Shown here in pieces: positions 56,231 through 61,125 of a stretch of 61,125 nt of DNA; positions within the stretch are counted from its first letter, which is position 1, and each line of letters starts with the position of its first letter. Below the pieces are notes generated by a model. It made no database searches, was not told the DNA's origin, and worked only from the letters and a program-made list of their open reading frames with translations. The stretch is from an uncultured Chloroflexia bacterium (GTDB lineage Bacteria; Chloroflexota; Dehalococcoidia; SZUA-161). The position numbers and the translations under genes are program-made. The stretch is from the NCBI GenBank assembly GCA_963827295.1, contig CAWHAI010000017.1:1-61125 (forward strand), written 5' to 3'.

Positions 56231-57454
56231 TTAAGTCGTGTACTCGCTATTAATTTTAACATATTCCGCGGAGAGGTCGCAGCCCCAGGCGGTGGCTGTG
56301 GAGTCGCCGAGGTTGAGGCATATGCGGATAGGCACCCCTGCCCTGTCTAATATTGACTTGGCTTTGGCTCTGGCGAAAGGCAGCGGGCGCCCCGCTTTCA
56401 TCAGGCAGAGGCTATCCAGGTAGAGGTCTACTTTAGACTCCTCCATCTCCACCCCGCTCCTCCCCAACGCGGCAATAATGCGCCCCCAGTTGGGGTCGGA
56501 ACCATGAACCGCTGACTTCACCAGCGATGAGCCTGCTACAGTTCGGGCGCCAGCGCGCGCCTGAGCAACGGTGAGCGCCCCTTCGATAGTGATCTGGATA
56601 AGCTTGGTCGCCCCCTCGCCGTCTCGGGCGACGGACTTTGCCAGGAAGAGGCATACCTCCTTCAGCGCTTTCTCAAACTCCTCTGCCGCAGGGCTGCTGC
56701 TCTTGATAACCCTGTTCCCGGCCAGGCCATTTGCCAGTATGAGAACCGAGTCGTTGGGGCTGGTGTCTCCATCAACGGTGATCATGTTGAAAGAGGCGGC
56801 TACCGCTTCTTTGAGCGCTTTCCTGAGAAAGATCGGTGAGACTGCCGCATCGGTAGCCAAAAAGCAGAGCAGAGTGGCCATGTCGGGGTGAATCATGCCT
56901 GCTCCCTTGGCGATGCCGCCGATGGTTATCTCACTCCCCTTTGGCCCCAGCTTGACCTGCACCGCTATCTCCTTGGGGAAGGTGTCGGTGGTGGTTATCG
57001 CTTTAGCTAGGGTGTGGCCGCCTTCTGATGATAGTGCGATGCTTTCGATGCCATCGCGCACCTGTTTCATAGGCAGATGCTTGCCGATGACGCCGGTGCT
57101 GGCAACAAGCACCTCCTGGGGCATCAGCCCCAGGCTTCTGGCGGCCAGGGCTGCCATCTCCTCGGCCGCTGCCATCCCCTGCCTGCCGGTGCAGGCATTG
57201 GCACAGCCGCTATTGACCACGATGGCTTGGGCCCTGTTCCTGCCCAGCATGAGGTGACGCTGACACAGGAGGATCGGGGCGGCCTTGACCTTGTTGGCGG
57301 TGAAGACGCCTGCAGCGATGCAGGGCACCTCGGAGCAAAGGATGCCCAGATCCAGGGGGTCGTCGCCGCGGGTCTTAATGCCAGCGTAAACGGAGCCGGC
57401 GAGGAACCCCTGGGGAGATGTAATTGTACCGCCAGGGATAACCTTTACTTTCAT
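56231..57454 (-). CDS. argJ: bifunctional glutamate N-acetyltransferase / amino-acid acetyltransferase ArgJ
   Basis: Intact 407 aa. Self-cleavage region GMIHPDMATLLCFLATDA. Confidence 0.92.
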   Translation of the reverse strand: MKVKVIPGGTITSPQGFLAGSVYAGIKTRGDDPLDLGILCSEVPCIAAGVFTANKVKAAPILLCQRHLMLGRNRAQAIVVNSGCANACTGRQGMAAAEEMAALAARSLGLMPQEVLVASTGVIGKHLPMKQVRDGIESIALSSEGGHTLAKAITTTDTFPKEIAVQVKLGPKGSEITIGGIAKGAGMIHPDMATLLCFLATDAAVSPIFLRKALKEAVAASFNMITVDGDTSPNDSVLILANGLAGNRVIKSSSPAAEEFEKALKEVCLFLAKSVARDGEGATKLIQITIEGALTVAQARAGARTVAGSSLVKSAVHGSDPNWGRIIAALGRSGVEMEESKVDLYLDSLCLMKAGRPLPFARAKAKSILDRAGVPIRICLNLGDSTATAWGCDLSAEYVKINSEYTT

Positions 57455-57498
57455 AGATGAAACTATAGCATAAGGAGCGCAGGCGAGGCAAGAAAAAG

Positions 57499-57521
57499 GG
57501 GGGCAGTTCGCGAACCGCCCC
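57499..57521. repeat. REP-like hairpin (family B, imperfect)
   Basis: gggggcagttcgcgaaccgcccc. Compare 14442-14465. Confidence 0.45.
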
Positions 57522-57771
57522 TAAGAATGGGCAAAAACCAAAGCCCCCGCCCGCTCTAGGGCGGGAAGGAGAGGACCTCCCCGAGCGAGCGGGGTTGGGC
57601 CGGGAGGTGGCCCGAACCCAATAATATTGTATTTGCTCCCTTTGGCGAAGTATGTGACAAAGGTCTCGCAGCTTCGAGATTATACTAAAGTACAACGAAA
57701 AAAAGTACATATGTAGGATTGAAGTCCACCTTCATTTGGAGGCAAAATGATTGTTGAGGAGGTATCCTCAT

Positions 57772-57948
57772 ATGGATGTTATGGATGTTATCTGTGCCTT
57801 TTGTGAGTTAGGACGCGAGGAAGAGAGGGAACGTCTCGAGCCCTCGGGTGAACGGCCGGTGAGGAAGTACACCTACACGCTCCCCTCCGGGCGAAAGGTC
57901 ATCGTTGTGGTGGACGATGAAAGCGAACTGGTAGGGGTGCCATCCTAA
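57772..57948 (+). CDS. small hypothetical protein
   Basis: MDVMDVICAFCELGREEE.. with a GAGGAGG SD. Confidence 0.4.
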   Translation: MDVMDVICAFCELGREEERERLEPSGERPVRKYTYTLPSGRKVIVVVDDESELVGVPS

Positions 57949-58068
57949 ACTCGCTATTAGATTTAATTCGGGCATTTTCTTTCCTCCCAGGGAAGAGAGA
58001 CCGTGACCGCTTTGAGGTGCGATGTCACGGTCTTTTGTTTTCCTTGGGCTTAGGATAAACTTAGGGGG

Positions 58069-58348
58069 AATGGCCTACAAAATCGTTACTGAGAAATGCG
58101 CCACCGTTCCCTGGTTATGTGGAGACTGCAGACCAGAGTGTCCCAACCGGGCCATCGGCACCGCACATACCATTGACCCCAACAGGTGCACCGAGTGCGT
58201 CGGTGCTTACGAAACCCCTCATTGCGCTCAGATATGTTCTGCGGGAGCCTGCGTACCCGACCCGGCACATCGTGAGACGAAGAAGCAACTGCTGAAGAAA
58301 TGGCGCAAGCTGCACCCAGGAGCGAAGCCTGCCCCGGGTACTTATTAA
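58069..58348 (+). CDS. YfhL-like 4Fe-4S ferredoxin
   Basis: MAYKIVTEKC..CGDCRPECPN..IDPNRCTECVGAYETPHCAQIC..VPDP. Matches the YfhL pattern. Confidence 0.8.
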
Positions 58349-58508
58349 GGGGTGCTATTGTGCGACGTGATGCATACTAACGCTCCAAAAAACACTGCGT
58401 TTTGACAATCAGGGTGTCTACACGAATCAGGTCGTCGAAATGGATGCGAAAGAGTTCCACCTAACTTCTGATTAGGGTACCCCCTACCCGAATACGCTCG
58501 CAGGAGCC

Positions 58509-58643
58509 TTTCCCCCGAAGGGGCGGACAGCGTATCACACGGCTGCGGCTATGCTGCCAAGCCGACCCCTGCGGGGCGAACTTCGTACGGGCTTGACAGC
58601 GCCTTGCCGTGTGAGCCAGAGGCACGCTGTCCTTCGGGGGAAA
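58509..58643. other. 135-nt GC-rich nested hairpin (unassigned)
   Basis: Nested helices tttcccccgaa/ttcgggggaaa (11 bp), ggacagcgt/acgctgtcc (9 bp) and tcacacggc/gccgtgtga (9 bp) enclose further small stems. Confidence 0.5.
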
Positions 58644-58750
58644 ATAAAATAAGAGAGAACGATGACCCCTCACACTAACTTGTCTCAACTCAACTGTTGC
58701 AGTACAATATCATACGTGATTCGCCTACACTAGACGTTTGCGAGCGACCG

Positions 58751-60019
58751 ATGGAAGTCATAAGATATACACTAGTTGCCCTAGCCGCACTAGGCCTTTG
58801 CGCATTCAGCATCAGTCTGACGTACCTCCACAACCAAACAGCTGCAATTTGGACTCTTTTCCTCAGCATCTTCGTCATAGCTCTACATGTTGCCCTGTAT
58901 TGGCACCAGAAGTCGCCCAATAGAAAGTATGCGCCCTGGCTATCCCTATTCCTAGTACTGCTGTTAGCGCTTGTCCCCATTTCTCTTTGGCAGTCAGGTA
59001 TCATAGGTGAATCACCATCCCTTCTCCCCGACACTAGAGTCCACGTGGTTGGCCAGAAGTTCTCATATCCCTATGAACTTACAGGCCGAGGCTTTGCCAA
59101 AATTGTACTGTCTTGTATACGTGGAAACCCCGAAGGCACGTGTCTCGGTCCCTCACAGCTCATGTTCGAGCAATTCACCTGGGACTACCCAAAGAACACA
59201 ATGCTCTACAACGTGACTGTTCAGAACGAGGGCGACGCTACAGACTTCGACGTTCAGGTTACCCTCGATTTCACACCGTACTTCATCATAGGCTTCCAGA
59301 ATCGCAACGAAGATAAGGTCGTGGTCCAGGGTGGCCTCAACAGTACCCGCGTTACATTCACCATTGACAGGCTCGACCCTCATTCATATTTAACACCAGT
59401 AAGGCTAGTTGTCGATGCCACAGACCCTCCTGACGTGTCAGCCCAGTCAGGTGGCTACGAGGTTAACTACACAACAATAGACAAGGTCTACATATGGGAA
59501 GCTAAGCTGCAGCCAATGCCAGGCTGGGAGTCCTACGAAGACCGAGCCAATGGTTTCGCGCTAGTTCTTCCCGAATCTTGGTCACAAAAGGAACATCCCG
59601 ATTTCCTACTGCGCGCCGGCCAAATGACTGAAGGAGAAACATTCTTCGCAGTCGTGGAAATCTGGAAATCCGAGCTTCCACAGTCAATGACTGCAGTATC
59701 CGCTTTGAGCACAAGATTAGACCGAGCAACGCTTCGGCTCCGAACAGCATCCTACGACCACCTCTCCGAAGAACATCTCGAACTTAATGGCCTTACTGGC
59801 TACAAGGATACATTCTCAGTCGCTTGGCCCGATGGACAAGTCCGAGCAGTGGTGCTTTATCTTTTACAGGACAAAACAGAGTGGTTCGTTCAAATGCTGA
59901 CAGCCCAGACCAACTGGAGCACGTATGAACAGACTTTCGACAACATCGCCTCCAGCTTCGATACAAGGTTCATTGATGTTTGGCTACAACTAGTGCCCCT
60001 TAGTTCCACCCAGCCCTAG
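58751..60019 (+). CDS. membrane-anchored hypothetical protein (AT-richer patch)
   Basis: Three N-terminal TM helices, then a ~300-aa soluble region with no recognisable motif. The ORF is open from 58697. Confidence 0.55.
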   Translation: MEVIRYTLVALAALGLCAFSISLTYLHNQTAAIWTLFLSIFVIALHVALYWHQKSPNRKYAPWLSLFLVLLLALVPISLWQSGIIGESPSLLPDTRVHVVGQKFSYPYELTGRGFAKIVLSCIRGNPEGTCLGPSQLMFEQFTWDYPKNTMLYNVTVQNEGDATDFDVQVTLDFTPYFIIGFQNRNEDKVVVQGGLNSTRVTFTIDRLDPHSYLTPVRLVVDATDPPDVSAQSGGYEVNYTTIDKVYIWEAKLQPMPGWESYEDRANGFALVLPESWSQKEHPDFLLRAGQMTEGETFFAVVEIWKSELPQSMTAVSALSTRLDRATLRLRTASYDHLSEEHLELNGLTGYKDTFSVAWPDGQVRAVVLYLLQDKTEWFVQMLTAQTNWSTYEQTFDNIASSFDTRFIDVWLQLVPLSSTQP

Positions 60020-60378
60020 TAACATGCCCCACTCTGCACTCATATAAACCAATGACCTTGCGTCTTGCACCCTTCCTCTTGCTAACATTTTTGCTAACGA
60101 ACTTTTCCCCACCACAATAAACAAGGTGGTACTGACAGGTACCACCCGAAGCTAATTCCAGAACAACAAGGTATCAACTATTACTGGCTTTTACTCTCAG
60201 GGACAAACCTCCTGTATCTTCTGATTAGGATGTCGCCGCAGATTCGAGAGAATGAGTACCTGACTCTTGATGAGGGTTGCTAGTCTAAAGACGAAAGCAG
60301 CTATGGAGCTATGGCAAGCCCTAAAGTATCCGTTACGCTATATCTTCAATGCGTCCCACTTTAGCTGACTACATACAG

Positions 60379-60642
60379 CTAGAAAAAGACGAATCCAAGG
60401 GGAGCGAGGATTACTGTAGCTAAGCACAAGAAACCCAGCAGGGCTAGAGCTCCTACTACGACAAATTCAGGTGGCGCACTTGCTACAGCGGTAGGCGGAG
60501 CAACAATTTGTGGTAAGAGGTTAGCAAAAAATACCAAAGCTGCTATACCAAAGAAATTCCCTTGCGTACCATAAAGTCCACTGATATGCTTTCTTAACAG
60601 GGCTTGCCTTTTAAACTCAAGCTGGGCCAGTAATTCTAGCAT
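60379..60642 (-). CDS. small membrane protein, hypothetical
   Basis: 87 aa with two hydrophobic helices. Confidence 0.4.
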   Translation of the reverse strand: MLELLAQLEFKRQALLRKHISGLYGTQGNFFGIAALVFFANLLPQIVAPPTAVASAPPEFVVVGALALLGFLCLATVILAPLGFVFF

Positions 60643-60728
60643 ATTAGACTCACTTGCTTTGTACTATATAGACGTTCCTTTGAACTAACATTACCACCTC
60701 GCTTTAGCGAAGTCAACCTTACTTTGGT

Positions 60729-60755
60729 AGTAGGGCACGGTATGCCGTGCCCTAC
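60729..60755. repeat. REP-like hairpin (family B)
   Basis: gtagggcacggtatgccgtgccctac. Confidence 0.6.
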
Positions 60756-60822
60756 TTCCATGCCCTTTCGTTGACACCCTTACATGTGTCTGCTATTCTC
60801 CTCTGGGAAGGGATTTCCTTAG

Positions 60823-61125
60823 ATGAAAGCTGAGAGTGATCAGGAGCGGAGTAAACCCGAAAAGGAAGAGCCAGCCAAGAAGGTTGCCTTCGTGCTCAGC
60901 GGCGGGGCTAACCGCGGTGCCCTCGAGGTCGGGGTGCTTCTGGTGCTCCTGGAGCACGATATACGACCTCAAATACTGGTGGGCACCTCGGTGGGGGCCC
61001 TAAACGCTGCATTCCTAGCTACTAATCCTACACTCGAAGGAGCGCGCTGGCTGGAGCAGATATGGCGTCAAGCCTCAAAGAAAGTTATCGAGCGAAAAGA
61101 TTACATAGCGGCTTTGTTGCGATTT
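60823..61125 (+). CDS. patatin-like phospholipase (5' partial, runs off the window)
   Basis: VAFVLSGGANRGALEVGVL (GGxRG oxyanion) and LVGTSVGALNA (GxSxG). Confidence 0.8.
   Translation, partial: MKAESDQERSKPEKEEPAKKVAFVLSGGANRGALEVGVLLVLLEHDIRPQILVGTSVGALNAAFLATNPTLEGARWLEQIWRQASKKVIERKDYIAALLRF

Noticed and set aside
58509-58643. The large hairpin considered as a tRNA/tmRNA fragment or an integron attC site.
   Set aside because: There is no T-loop (GTTCRANYC) or acceptor features. I could find no RYYYAAC/GTTRRRY core sites at the base of the stem. No integrase is nearby.

Overview
This is a 61-kb bacterial chromosomal window. It is mostly mid/high-GC core genes on the minus strand, with several visibly AT-richer accessory patches. 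Gene content and repeat style look Chloroflexota/Dehalococcoidia-like, but that is inference only.

Core content: DegV, a CDGSH Fe-S protein, HtrA, TrkH/TrkA, an IMPase-family gene, trpS, an MFS/TetR pair, and a cluster of glycyl-radical enzyme + tungsten aldehyde:ferredoxin oxidoreductase + MoaD-like gene. Also an M20 peptidase, an acetoacetate-decarboxylase-family gene followed by five small genes, argS, recG, a DAK2/YloV-like gene, rpmB, rpe, and a split arginine cluster (argH-argG-argD-argB ... argJ). I saw no rRNA, tRNA or CRISPR array.

Major caveat: there are at least about 30 reading-frame breaks, including in essential genes (argS, argH, rpe). Several sit at homopolymers, so the assembly most likely carries indel errors. 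I therefore report merged gene spans and do not read these breaks as true pseudogenes. Frame-break positions are approximate.

Most interesting observations:
1. An AT-rich, direct-repeat-bounded single-gene cassette (about 30.4-32.7 kb) encodes a SIR2-like NADase fused to a TPR-like domain. It lies just downstream of a ~120-nt structured RNA that has its own sigma70-like promoter and a U-tailed closing stem. A near-identical second copy of that RNA module sits at 11.9-12.1 kb, at the edge of another AT-rich island that carries a translationally coupled 3-gene operon of unknown function. An 18-nt motif (CCAGAWTGACCCACTACC) marks the borders of both islands.
2. A hicBA module is inserted at the 3' end of argJ, with a 62-bp duplication that preserves argJ.
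3. A DUF1573-like gene has an in-frame TGA followed by a perfect hairpin (selenoprotein candidate).
4. Two dispersed repeat families are present. One is a ~95-nt triple-hairpin unit with 8 copies, all in one orientation. The other is a set of GC-rich REP-like hairpins with more than 15 copies.
5. Duplicated promoter-leader and terminator modules drive unrelated small genes.

All family assignments come from motif recognition by eye. No database search was run.
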